The position numbers were made by a program, and so were the translations under genes. From contig JAAOMT010000239.1 in assembly GCA_016748015.1 (NCBI GenBank), forward strand, positions 618,346-682,345: 64,000 bases of DNA, given 5' to 3'. Positions 14,837 through 28,400 of the stretch are shown piece by piece; within the stretch, counting starts at the first letter, position 1, and each line of letters opens with the position of its first letter. This DNA comes from Geosiphon pyriformis uo1 (taxonomy: Eukaryota; Fungi; Glomeromycota). The notes beneath the pieces were generated by a model. That model did not search any database. It was not told where the DNA came from and saw only the letters and a list, made by a program, of their open reading frames with translations.

Positions 14837-15610
14837 AATAAAAAAAACCTATTATTTATAATTAAATTTAGATAAATACTATAATTAATACAATTATGAT
14901 TTTATTTTTTACAAAAAAAGAAATTAATTTTAAAAAAATAATAACTTTAAATAAAAAAATAGAATTTTTAATTTTTTAACTTTTTTAATTATTTAAATAA
15001 ATATAAATAAAAAAAATAGTTTTGCTATTAGTTTATTTTCAAAAAAATTTTGAGTTTTTATAATAATAATAATTATATTAAAACTATTTTTAATTAGTTA
15101 TTTAAAAAAAACTTAATCTTTTTTTAAAACAAAAAATAGTGTTTTAATAGCAAATAAAAACTGTTTTGTTTTTATATTACTTAAAAAAAACATTTTAAAA
15201 AAGTATTGTTTAACTGTTTTTACTTTAAAAAAAAGTTTTTTAACTATTAAAATTAACAAAAACAATATTACAAATTAAAACTAAAAATATATAATCATAA
15301 AAAAAATTTTTATATTTTATAAAACAATAATAAATATTTATAAATATTTAAATAAAAAATTAATAATAATTATTATTTTTCTATTTTTAAAATTATTTGT
15401 TTAAGTTTAAATATTTTTTAAAACCAAAAATTTTACATTATTAAAAAGTTTAAATTAATAACTAAAATTAATTTACATTAATATTAACTTAATTAATTAT
15501 TTAAAAAAAACAAAGTAATTACTAAAAAAATCAAAAAAAAAGAATATATTAAAACCATTTTTAAATTTATTTTTAAAAAAAAATTAGAAAAAAAAAAACA
15601 AAAAAAAAAT
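13100..15610 (-). repeat. Extremely AT-rich relics including a minus-strand Z-like copy (~13750-14900)
   Basis: Reverse complement of 14040-14510 is colinear with 60590-61120. Confidence 0.45.
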
Positions 15611-15619
15611 ATATAATTA

Positions 15620-16090
15620 TTTTATTTTTTATTATCATTTTATGAGCGAGGTCCAAACGCTACTTAGTATTATACATCATACAAATAATCTAAACTAGGT
15701 GCGAATCATGCACTTTCTACATGTGACCAGCCACTCAGGCCAGTCAAGACAACACTACACACGTATATGCACAGAGACTGCGTCCCCAATACCTGAAAAA
15801 AATGAACAAAACTTATAAAACCCAAAACTAATCCCAAAAGCTTTAGTCATACCCAACCACCTAATCACACCAGCCAAAAACGCCAAAAACAAACCAGAAA
15901 TTGACGCGGAAATGAATCCATCACGTGGAATCAAACCATGCCTCTCTATAAACACCTGGTGTTTAGCACAGACCAACCAGATACCATTCCGAAATGTGAG
16001 ACAAAACTCATGTACAAAGCTTACAATCCTTTTAGTACCTTCCTTAGAATCTTCAAAAACCGAGACAGACTCATGAAACCAGTCATCAAA
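15620..16090 (-). mobile_element. 5'-truncated LINE (C-terminus of ORF2 plus 3' UTR)
   Basis: ORF 15755-15976 ends FFSGIGDAVSVHIRV*, homologous to the ORF2 end at 1467 (FFSGLDGSPRVVLDV*); shares the 3' UTR motif; T-rich tail. Confidence 0.8.
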
Positions 16091-17317
16091 ATATTTTTTA
16101 TATTATTAAAATTTTAAAATTTTTGAAAAAAATATTAAAACTAGTCTTTAAAAATAGTTTAACAAAAAAGCCAATACAGCAAATACAAACAAATATAATA
16201 CTATTAAAATATTAATAGTAAAAACTGTTTTTAGTGGTCATTAAAGCATTTTTTTCATCTTTGGCTGATTTTTTTTTAATCAAAATTTTTTCAAAAAGAT
16301 ATACTTAAGTTAATTTTAGTGTTGTTTCTACCTTCTTCAAAAACTTAAAAATTTTTAATAGCAGATTAATTAATAAGCTAGTTTTCTTTTTTATAACTTT
16401 TACATCTAATGCTGTTAGCACTATTTTTTCAAAAAAAATAGTTAAAAAGACCAAAAATTCAAAAAATTAAGAACAGTTACTTATTTATACTATTGTTATA
16501 TTGAATTTTTTTGTGGTTTCTAATAAAATCTCTGTTGTATTATCTGATATATTATTTAAAATAGACTAAAATTAACTATTGGCTATATTGTTAAATATGG
16601 TGTCTTTTGGCAAATTCTTACTGGTTTTAGAAACAAAGTAATTATTTCTTATAAAATTATCTGTTCTTGAAAATTAAACTAATCAGATAGAAACTGAATT
16701 ATTCTCTTTATTGGTTTTTAATACTACTACTGATAGTACTTAAAAAATTATTACTAATTGTCAAAAATTTACTAAATATATGGTTTTTACTTTAATGTTT
16801 AATATTACTTTCAAAATCAAATTGGCTCATATTAAAGTTGTTTTCCAGTCTGTATATGGTTTTTTAAGTGTGAAATCAATATTAAAAGACAATATAAAAC
16901 TTTTTTGTATAAAGTTTGCTTCTTAGAAGTCTTTAAAAACTGCTTTTTTGATTGAACTTACAAGTTCTGTTTATTTAGCTATTTTTAAAATTGCCAAGTT
17001 TTTGGTAATTTTTAAGTGTGGTTTTTTTTGTTGTTGTTGTACTACATAATATGCTTTTGAATATATCTGCTACTAATATTAAGACAGTTTTTAGTGTGTT
17101 TAATAAAATTACCTGTATTATATTAAAATTTGTTAGTGTTTAGCAATATATGATTGTTTATTTTAATAAAATAAACTTTGTTGTATCTGCTTTGAATTAT
17201 TGATTAGTTTTAATAAATAAAAATAGTGTTAAAATTTTCTTCTTGGTAAATTTAAATAACATTATTCTGTTTTGTAATAGGTTTAAAATCAAGTTAATCA
17301 ACATTTTTTCTGGCTGT
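16091..17317 (+). pseudogene. Z-family ORF1-like relic, cut by element A
   Basis: Colinear with 59990-61100; reads ..FKIKLAHIKVVFQSVYGFLSVKSILKDNIKLFC.. Confidence 0.65.
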
Positions 17318-18178
17318 TGTTACTCATAAAATATAAAAAGTATATTAGCACATAAATTAGCCAATCAAAGGTAAATGTAGTAAAATATAGAATTTCAGGA
17401 TTCCTTTTAGAGAAATTGCAGGATTCTAGAAATTTCAGGATTTTCATACAAAGAATTGCAGGATTCTAGAATTTCAGGATTTCTTTTAAAGGAATTACAG
17501 GATTCCAAAAATTCCAGAATTCTTGGTGTAAAAAATTGAAGAATTAAGAAATCTTAATTATGTATATATAGTAATAGTATTAGAAGTAGAAAAAACAAAC
17601 CTCTCAGTTTAGATTTGATCTAAGCAATCTTTTTATTCCCAAATATCAATAAATAATTATTTACTATCTTAATCTATTTTCCACTATCAATACTTTATGT
17701 TAATAGCAATTGATACTTAAAACCCACTGGAACAATAACTCTTGATTACAGCTATTGACAGAATATTAATATTTATTGCCTTGATTTATTTTTTTTATTT
17801 TCTTTTATTTTCTTTTGTTATTTTTTTTTGTTGTTTACTAATTGAAGTTAAAGAGTAAAGCATTAAGTTATTGACATCATAGATAGCTTAGTAAAAGACT
17901 CAGAAATAAGGGTAGAATTATATATATATTAATGGATAACTTACCAGAAAAACACAACTGCTAGATTAAACTGGCCACTATACTGAAAACAGAAATTGGA
18001 AAAACGACTTGAAAGATCAACCAAAACTAATCATAGTAAATTTTTGTCTATTATACAAAAAATTCAACCAAAACTTTCAAATCACAAAAACTTTTAGAAA
18101 CCAACATTATTATATTAATTGAGCACCAAGTTATGGGTTTGTTATTTGCTTTGAGACCCCAAATAATCATTTGTAACA
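17318..18178 (+). repeat. 5' LTR of A (family Y, 861 bp)
   Basis: TGTTAC...GTAACA termini; homologous to 44705-45584 (-) and 49797-50673. Confidence 0.9.
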
Positions 18179-18180
18179 TT

Positions 18181-18197
18181 TGGTGCTTCCTGTAAGG
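18181..18197 (+). promoter_or_regulatory. Primer-binding site of A (TGGTGCTTCCTGTAAGG)
   Basis: TGG two nt after the LTR end; same PBS type in C and D. Confidence 0.8.
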
Positions 18198-18242
18198 TAT
18201 AATCCTACAGAGAACCAGCACCAATACAACAATAATCGAAAA

Positions 18243-21200
18243 GTGGCAGAACCAGAAAGAATAGAGACAAACCATTTAGGATTTGCCAAATCTTTGTTTT
18301 AATACTATTGTCAATACTTAGAATTAACCAACAATTACCTATTAGTAGAATTAGTCTTCAATTTCTATGTCAACAAAAAAATTTCATATTTGTTAGGAGT
18401 ACCAGTAAAAACTGACTCAGCCAGAAGAAATTTCTACAATGAATTAATCCAAAATACCAGCCTACTAACAAATTATAATTTCACAGCAACTTTTACTAAA
18501 ATCAATAAAAAAATTAAAATCTATACTCAACAAAGATATCCAATTACTTATGTAAACAAAGGCAAAAGAAAGCTACAAACATCAACAATAACACCTCAAA
18601 GAGTACAACCATCTACTTGGAAGAAAACAAGACTCAAATTACCAACCAATCCATCATACTACTATACACCCAGAAGTGGCATCAACATCTCATTAGCAGG
18701 CATGTCCACATCAAATGCAAAAACTCCATTGGCATGAATACTCTTTCAAAGTAAACAATCAAAAACTGATCTATTAGGAACCTATAGTAAATATTTCAAG
18801 AGATTTAAGTCATGATTACCAACATCATCAAAATTTTGATCACTGCCACCTCTACCAAATTTGGAATTGTGAGTCCTTGAAAAGTAATAAAATTAGAGAA
18901 AAAGAAAGACAACAATTAGGAATTCAATTACCAAAACCTGATTATCGAAAACCCCAAAATCAAAACCCTAAACATTCAAACTCAGCAAAATCCAATTTTG
19001 GAAAATCTGGAAATTGAAACTCTGAATTTTCAAACTTCTCAAAATTAGAACAATTCAAACCCCAACATAATCAATCAACAAAACTTATCTCTGATAAACA
19101 TGATTGATCAGCTACCAATTAAGAGGATTTAACAGCCATAATTACCACATCAACAATAATTGCAGCAATTATTTCAACAACCATCACAACAACTACAACA
19201 AATAGCATATGTACCAATTGCCAAAATCAAAAAATTCACTGGTAAAGAGGATAACACCCAGGTGTGACTAAACAATATCGAAAAGACTATTGCAGCCAAT
19301 GGATGAAATGATGCCAGAGCCATATAAGCCATTTCATATTTTCTTTAGGATACCACCAACTTATAGTATTAAAGCTTAATTAACAAACCCCAGGACTTCA
19401 ATGCATTTAAGCTTGTGTTTCTACAATACTTTAGTAACAATAATAGTATCAATCAACTGGCAAATACTTTTACCACCATTAAACAAGGAGAAAATAAAGT
19501 AGTTACTACCTATCTAGGATGCTTCTATAGGAATCTGCGCCAAATACAGACAATTCAAGCTGATTATTTTATAATACTACAAATCTTAAACCAATTCATT
19601 AGAGGCCTGCACAGTAGCATCCTCCAATACATACACCTATTGCATCCAGCAGACCTTCAAGTCACCATTACAAATGCCAAAAATTTTGAAGTAGCTAAAC
19701 TTAAAGCCAATTATGCCCAAGCTATAAATTTAATAATAAACAGATTATCTGACTTGGATTTCAAATTGAAGCAATTTGGAAAGTCAATCAATCAGAAATT
19801 GGAAGGATACTTAGCTAACAACACACAAGCAATTTATCAACCTTTACAATAATGCAATAATCAAAGAAACTTCAATTATTTCCAAAATTAACCACATCTA
19901 TCATCATCAACCAATCAACCATAACAACAGAAAACATGTGTTTGCTATTATTGTGGTAAATAAAGACATCTGCAATTTGAATGTTATAAAAAGATAAGCA
20001 ACCAATAATCGGAAAATTAGTATTGAAACTCTGATCACCACTTCTAAACTCAGAATTATGTTAGTAATTAATTACAAAAACATTACCAATATTAACCACA
20101 TTATGCTCAAATAACTTAACCAATTTATCAAACCCTAATGACACAGTAATTATACTTACCTCTGATATATTAGCCTCCAGCACCAATTTATTAACCGACA
20201 ACACTTATAATTTATCAACCACCATAGCCACAAATAATTTATCAAACTTCAGCAATTTAACCATCACCATCAAACTCAGCTTATCTGACACCTGAAAATC
20301 AAAGACCAAGAATCACCCATATGCAGCAAAACTGGAAATTGGCAATAGTTATGCACCAACTGATCTCTAGTTTCTTAGCCCAACTGTCAGGATTATGCCA
20401 GTAGAGTTCAGGAACTGGGTATACCCAAAACTCGAGTTTCTAGAACTATTTAAGTCTTTTGGTTACCACAAAAAACACCTTATTCAATAACATAGAAACC
20501 AACCAAACACAACTACTCACTAGCAACATACTTCCAGCTACTATCACCAACAACAAATTACTAGCAGAAATTTTTTTGTTCAAACTTGAGGAACTGTCAT
20601 CCATGCTTTTGTTTAATGGAGCCATGCTTAAAAAAAAACTGATCACTACTATGTACACTGATGCTATAGTTGATGACCATTCCATCAAACTTATATTAAA
20701 TAGTAGGTCAGCAGACAGCATTATCACACAACAACTCATGAACCAATTAGGTTGCTGAGTTGATTGTGCTGCCAATATCAGAATTATAACAGCTGATGAA
20801 ATGACCAAAACTCCAATTGGCAAGATTGATAACCTCCCTATAGAAGTCAATGACATCATAGTACTAATCAAGGTATTAGTCATGGAAGCCACTCAGTACT
20901 AAGCACTCATTGGCAATAACTGGTTGTCTAAAACCAATGCAATACTTGACTGGAACACATAGAAGCTCTAACTTAGCCAGAATAGTCAACACACATGTGT
21001 ACCAGCTATGTGTGGCCACTTTAAGCCTATCACTATGCAATCAGTACTCCTCATCAAGTTCAATAACAAAGAAGAAAAACCTACCTGGAAAGCATATCAA
21101 ATTTCCTAAACCAATGATAACTACAATGAGCTATCATTGATTTTAAACTGAGAAAAAAAAGACAGAGAAAAAAGAAAAGAAAGAGAAGGAAACATACCTG

Positions 21201-24196
21201 AAGAAACCAATGACAACACAGAAACTAACAGTTGGGAAAGATTATACTCTACAGATACCAGACCAGAACCACTTTATATTCCTCTTAGGTGCAAAGACTA
21301 CAAGAAAAAACTGTCTTTTATGGGAGCTTGAGTCATGTCAGATGAAGATTACTGAACAAAAATCTATTACTACTGCAAACCATGTTATTATGAATGCTAC
21401 AGTTATCCTAAAAAACAAGGCAAGTGAGACAACAAACTATGTCTCACTTGTGACAAACAATTACTAGATGAAGAAATATGGAATAACATTTCTGAACAAG
21501 AAGAAACATGCGATGCTTTATGTCAGTACACAATCTTTATAAGCGACTGGATTAGTCATGGAACACCCATTATGGCAGCCTGACACCAAACAATCTTTTG
21601 CTTGGACAGTTACCCACATGATAAGAACAAGATCTGACAAATGGCAAATGCCAAAGTCAAAGACACTTTGTCTAATGAAATTTTAAAGATCAAAAATAAC
21701 TTACCTAAACCAGTCAATATTGTTTTAATTCCCAATCCAGATGCTTTTCTAAACATTGAAGCAGACCCAAAAAAATTCCATAAGCACTACCAGAATCTAA
21801 CACTTACTAGAAAAAACAAGAGCAAAATTTAAAAGAAATAAACACCCAACTATGTGACCACTGTTTGATCTCATATAACTTTTAATATTGTAATAAGTGT
21901 GACCTCATTTACAATCTACTATCATGCATAATCTACACAATCCTAGAAGAGGAAAAACCAATTAATAGCTACACATCAGAATCAGAATTATAGTTCAATC
22001 CTGATTCAAACTCTGACAATAATAACAACAAAAATAATGGTTCCAGCTCTGTACAAAATAACAATAAAAATAACAACAATCCAGACTTCAATTCAAACTT
22101 AGAACAATATATTGTGCTTCCTGACCTTACCAAGAAACAAGAACTTAAATGGTTTAGTGATAATAATAAGAGCATCATACCAGAACATATGTATGATACA
22201 GATACTGAGTTTGATCTGAAATATCTAAGAAAAAATACTATCAAGTTGGAACCACACTCATGTATCTACATTGATCTTAAAATAGCACTGGAAATCTCAG
22301 CAACAACAATAGTTCAATTAGCATCTAGGAGTGGTTTAGCGAAAAAAGGAATTAACATTAGAAGAGAAATAATTAATACAATATACATAAAAAATATCAT
22401 TATAATACTACAGAATGATTCAAAAAAGGTCTATATTATAGAGCCAAATAAAAAGATAACACAGGCAATATTCCTGCTTCTGATTAAAGTAGCTCAATTA
22501 GTGTTAATAGAAAAAAGAGAAGAATTAAGAATGACAGTTAAAAGGATACAGGAATTCGGATCCACAAGTAGAATAAATGTATCAGTTAATATGATAGAGG
22601 AAAAAGTTATTAACAAGAGAGAAATTATCTCCAACTATCAATCAATTTCTATTTCATCATATAACCAGTACATATTAGCCATAGAAAGAGAAGTAAAAAA
22701 TCAAGCTCAAATTTTTGAAGCAGAAATTACTATGTGTAAATCAGAAAAGATAGGACTTACTAATCTTTACATATTAGCCAAAAACCCAAAACATATAAAA
22801 ATTCTTATCTATAACACAACAGAAGATGTTTTTGAGATACCAAAAAGAACTACCATTGGATATTTAAGCACTGAAGTTGGAGAACAATCACCAAATTCCA
22901 TTTCAAACTTTTTACAACTGTGTGAATATGTGGATATTACATCACAAACAATATACAGACAAAAAAAATGTTATTTGCTCCAATTAGAACAATTGGAACA
23001 GATGAACTTGAGAAATCTAGACCCACTACAATGTATATAGCTTAAGATATTATTTAACAACTTCAATGACATCTTTGCCAGTGAAAATGAATTTGGCAAA
23101 ACTAATATTATCTAGCATTAAATAAAAACTGAAGATGTAATGCCAATTAAGCAAAGAACATACTGAGTACTACCAGCCAGCCATGAAATCATTCATCAAG
23201 AAATCAATCAGATGCTAAATAACAGATTAATTCAGCCATCAATGAGCCCATAATTATTATCAGTAGTACTAGTTCATAAGAAAAATAGAAAAATCCACTT
23301 TTGTGTGGATTACTGAAAACTGAATGGAGTAACAAAAAAAGATAGCTACCCAACTCCAAAGATCCAAAAACTTTTTGATGCTTTTGGAGGAAAGAAATAG
23401 TTCTCAATATTAAACTTAGAAAGTGGTTACTGGCAAGTAGCCATGAAATCAGAAGATAAAAAGAAAATGGCTTTTACAACATAAGAAGAGAATTTCGAAT
23501 TTAAGATTATGCCATTTGGTTTGATAAATGCTCCCACTATATTTTAACAACTTATGAAAATAGTCTATACTGGACTGTTATAAAAATTAGTAGTCGTATA
23601 TCTGGATGACACCAATGTATTTTCCAAAACATTCGATGATCATTTATATCATCTTCAACAAATATTTGAAAGATTAAGAAGAGCTGGATTAAAATTAAAT
23701 GCAATTAAGTGTTTCTTTGAAAAAACTGAACTCAAGTTTTTGGAACATGTTGTAAGCAAAGATGATATCAAAACAGATCCAGACAAGATTAAAGTAGTCA
23801 AGAACTTTCCAGTATCAACCAACTTGACATAACAAAGAGCATTCTTAGGATTTGCTAGATACTATTGCCATTTTATCAAAAATTTTTCTAAGATGGCTTA
23901 GCTATTACACTAGCTTCAATCAAAAAACACCAAGTATGAATGGACAGAAAACCAGCAAAAAGCTTTTAATATATTAAGAAGAAAGCTTATTCAAGCTCCA
24001 ATATTAATGTATCTAGATCACAGCAAATTATTTATCATTCCTACCAATACATTAGACCAAGCATTGGGAGCAGTACTATCACAGAGAAGACTGAATGGAA
24101 AAAAACATCCAATAACATATGCCAGTCAAAGTTTGAGTCCAGTGAAAAAGAACTATAAAACACCAGCATTAGAACACTTAGCAATCTATTGGGCAG
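18243..24196 (+). pseudogene. Degraded gag-pol of A: N-terminal extension, CA, CCHC, protease, Cys module, dUTPase (~22140-22570), RT, start of RNase H
   Basis: KLILNSRSA (decayed DSG), DTEFDLKY/LASRSGLAKKGI/QEFGSTS, YLDD at ~23600, YASQSLSP. Confidence 0.85.
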
Positions 24197-25054
24197 TGTT
24201 ACGGGATGGTTTTCTTGTTATATTTAATTGCTGATATCCCGCTTTAATTGCAATCAGTCTTTCGTGAGTTCCTCAATTCTATTTGTGTGATAATGTTACT
24301 GTTACACTGAAGGCTTTCTTTTTACTGTTGCAATGTAAGTTATTTTTTAATTCTTGATTGTTGTGTGTGTTTATGTACTCCTTCTCAGAGGCTGAACTGA
24401 AATCTACCCACTGTCTGAGGTCTTCTCTGAGGCTATCCTTGCAATTGCCTGATGTGTTTCTCTAATCTAGAAACACAGAATGTTAATGGTCTTTAGCGCT
24501 TTTCTAATTCTCACAATAAAGCTTTTATCAATTAGTAACAATGTGAATAATCTTGATCAAGGATTATTCTTCCAAGGGTTTCAATTGATGAATGATAATT
24601 TCATTCAATAAATAATACAAGTAAGTTTCTTAATACTTTGGGTTGTGATAGTTCAGTTTTAAATATTTCTTTTTGATTTTTAAAGGTTTCTTGGGATATT
24701 TAATTTGAAAGTATGATTTAAAGTGGAGTTTGTTGGATAAAATTGGATCTATTGCTTGATAAGTTATGATTTTTATTACTTGATTTTTTTATTTCCCAAT
24801 ATTAAAACTACTATATATATACATGTTTGTAGTTCTACGAGAAAATACTTTCTTTTTGATATTTCAACCTGGTGTTTGCTGCTATCACCAGTTGGTGTTG
24901 ACTGCTATTGTGAACTGGTGCTTGCCACTATCGCGAGATGGTGTTTGCTACTATGTTAATCATTACCTTTCTAAGATTATTACTGTGCTATATTATGATT
25001 GAATAGTTTGTATTATTTTTATGATTCTTTTTTCTAAATTCTTAAACTGTAACA
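24197..25054 (-). repeat. 3' LTR of B (858 bp)
   Basis: TGTTAC...GTAACA; PPT (GAAAGGAGGAGA on the minus strand) at 25058-25069. Confidence 0.95.
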
Positions 25055-25095
25055 TTATCTCCTCCTTTCAAGATTGAGCTCCGTCGAAATCGAAG

Positions 25096-25422
25096 TTAAT
25101 TTCTTATGTATTGGATTATGTCTGAGCTCATTTTTGGCCAATAGTAACGGCTAGTTGCACGTTGAATGGTTGCTGTTTTTCCAAAGTGGCCTGAATGAAT
25201 ATCTGAGTGCATGTTAAATAAGATAGTTTTTTTTTCATCCGTGGTTATAACTCTTAATGAATTATCTGGATTTTGTCGATTCTGGTAATAAAGTATGTGA
25301 TTTTGGATGAAATAGTGTTTTGCTAATTTTTGGAGCTTAATTAGCTCTTTTACTGGCATTTCTTCGTTTATTTGTAGTGTTTCCAAGTATTGGCTGAGGT
25401 TTTTGTAAAGGTGGTTGTTCAT
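25096..25422 (-). pseudogene. Truncated integrase of B (N-terminal zinc-binding part only), separate ORF
   Basis: MHSDIHSGHFGK..YYWPKM; fused directly to the pre-PPT sequence. Confidence 0.85.
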
Positions 25423-25451
25423 TGTTGTTGTGGCGGGTGGATTGGTGATTT

Positions 25452-28400
25452 TTATGTGTGTCTCATTCTTGACAAACAGTCAGCATTAGCATTTTTGGTA
25501 TCTTCTTTGTATTTGATAATATAATCGTATGGTGCTAACGTTTGTGACCATCTGGCGTATTTTCCTTTTAGCGCTTTTTTGTTATTTAACCAGACCAGAC
25601 CTCTATGATCTGTCATAATCTCAAAGAGTTGGTACCGTAAATATGTGTCAAAGTGAACACAACTCCAGACTACTGCTAAGCATTCAAGTTCATGTGCTGC
25701 ATAGTTTTGTTCTGCCGTACTGAGACTTCTGCTGGCATAAGCAATTACACGTTCTCTTCCATTATCATCTTTTTGTGACAGAATGGCTCCAAGTCCAGTT
25801 CCAGAGGCATCTGTGGCCAAAATGAATTTCTTGTTGAAATTCGGATAGATCATTATTGGTGATTCAATGAGCTTTTGTCTAAGGTACTCAAAAGCTTTTT
25901 GTTGTGCTTCAGTCCATTCAAACTTCACATTTTTAGATAGTAGGTAATTAAGGGGTTTGGCGATGTTTGAAAAGTTTTCTACAAAGCGGCGATAGTAAGA
26001 TGCGAGTCCTAAAAAGCTTCTAACTTCTGAGACGTTTCGAGGTACTGGAAAATTTTTCACTTTGTCTATTTTTGATGGATCTGGTTTTATTCCATCTTTT
26101 CCAACTACGTGTCCTAAAAATGCTAGCTCATTTTTCCCAAAGAAACATTTTTCTAGATTTAGTTTAAGTCCAGTGTGTCTCAATCTCTCAAAAACTTGTT
26201 GTAAATATTGGAGATGATCCGTGAATTTTGACGAGAAAACATTTGTATCATCCAAGTAGACAACAACGGANNNNNNNNNNNNNNNNNNNNTACCTTTCTA
26301 AGATTATTACTGTGCTATATTATGATTGAATAGTTTGTATTATTTTTATGATTCTTTTTTCTAAATTCTTAAACTGTAACATTATCTCCTCCTTTCAAGA
26401 TTGAGCTCCGTCGAAATCGAAGTTAATTTCTTATGTATTGGATTATGTCTGAGCTCATTTTTGGCCAATAGTAACGGCTAGTTGCACGTTGAATGGTTGC
26501 TGTTTTTCCAAAGTGGCCTGAATGAATATCTGAGTGCATGTTAAATAAGATAGTTTTTTTTTCATCCGTGGTTATAACTCTTAATGAATTATCTGGATTT
26601 TGTCGATTCTGGTAATAAAGTATGTGATTTTGGATGAAATAGTGTTTTGCTAATTTTTGGAGCTTAATTAGCTCTTTTACTGGCATTTCTTTGTTTATTT
26701 GTAGTGTTTCCAAGTATTGGCTGAGGTTTTTGTAAAGGTGGTTGTTCATTGTTGTTGTGGCGGGTGGATTGGTGATTTTTATGTGTGTCTCNNNNNNNNN
26801 NNNNNNNNNNNTCAGGATCCATTGTTCCAATGTTTAATTTGGCCAATTCTTCTGGCGTAAATTGATAGCATTCTACTGGTTGTTGCCAATTTATTGAAGT
26901 GAGTTCAAAGTAGAGGGCAATTTCTGGGAAATTTAGAATTTCTTGTGGTGTTGACACGTTTTCTAGCTCCGTTCCGAGGTATCCAATGATGGTATCTTCC
27001 GGAATGTAGACGGGTTCTTCTGTGGTGTTTGTGATAGGAATTTTTATCCATTGAGCTTTATCAGCTGGAATAAAAAGGTTAGTAAGTCCTATGAAAAACT
27101 GTTGGCAAGTTTCTGGGTAGGGCTCAAATATTAGGTCTTTTTCTTTAATTGTCCTTTTTATTCTTATTTCTGATTTTCCATATGGTAGGAGCGTGATGGA
27201 CCACTCATTTTTAATTACTTCGCCTTTTTCCCCTATTGTTTCAGCAAAATTTGCTTTAATTCCTTTTCCTGTCAATCCGAAACAAAAGTTCCTCTCGTTG
27301 TTTGTGACAATTCCTCACAATTTTCCACTGACACGAATTTCCCAATTTTTACCAATGGTAAGAAAATTGCTTGTGCAATCTTTTCCTTAGATTCAATAGT
27401 ATAAGGCTTTTCTGAATTGTTCTGTAGCAAAACCATCAAATTTCCAGTGTATCCGGAGTCAATTACTCCTCCTTGAACGCTTATTCATTTTTTTGCGAGG
27501 CTTGATCGCGACGCCATTTGAACCATTATTCCTGGCGGAATTTCAACTGCTATTTTTAGGTCGATTTTGGTGATGCTCCTGGGTGGTAACGTTGTGGATT
27601 GGTCTTTCGGATAACGTAGATCGAATCCGGCGTCAGTTGGATGGGCTCTTTCGGGTATTATTCCTAAGTGCCCGTTGTTGAAGTATCAAATGTCGGTCAT
27701 CTGTTCTAGGTCGGTATAGGCTACAAATTTTTCTGACTCAGGACCGTCAGGTGAGTCTTGTTGATTTATTGATTGATTTTGAGACTGTTGATTCTCAATT
27801 TCCATTTTTTTTTCTAAGTCTCTTTCGTCTTGACACTCTTCACAGCACTGACTTTGGCACGGGATGAGACAGTTTTCGCAGAGGTAAGTGTTGATTTGGG
27901 CGAGATATTGTTCTTGCTCTTGTCGAGTGGGGCATAGTTGTTGGTAGTAGTCCTGGAATTCATCCACTGGGTCGAACATGTTGTAGCTGGCGACTTCATC
28001 GGCTACTTCGGCTGACTTTTTCCAACGTCGTATTTCTTCGGCGGTTCCTCCTCTTACTTTGGCTTGTGCGGTGTACAACTCGTCCTCGTCGTGTGGGTAG
28101 TGCTGTAGTCTTTTTAACGCTCTGTTGAACGCTGCTTCGAATGGCATTCCTCCTCTTACTCAGTCACAGATGAGGATTGTGTATTGGCAAGTTGCGTCAC
28201 ACGTTCCTCCTCTGCCTGGTAAGTCGTTCCAGTTGCACCCTCTTGGTAACGGTTCTCCACAAGCGAGGCACGGTTCCTCGTCCCATTTTCCGTGTCTTTC
28301 TGGGTAACCGTATTTTTCTTTGTTACAACGGTTACAATAGTAGTGGGTGGGGTTTCTTGGGTCTTCGTCCGGTGCACTGCACGCAGTCATAAACGAGAGT

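Noticed and set aside
18181-18197. Naming the primer tRNA
   Set aside because: The PBS resembles elongator Met or Ile(UAU) 3' ends, but cannot be assigned without the host tRNA set.
26291-26791. Real tandem duplication inside B
   Set aside because: Bounded on both sides by N gaps and sits where RT sequence should be; most likely a misplaced contig.
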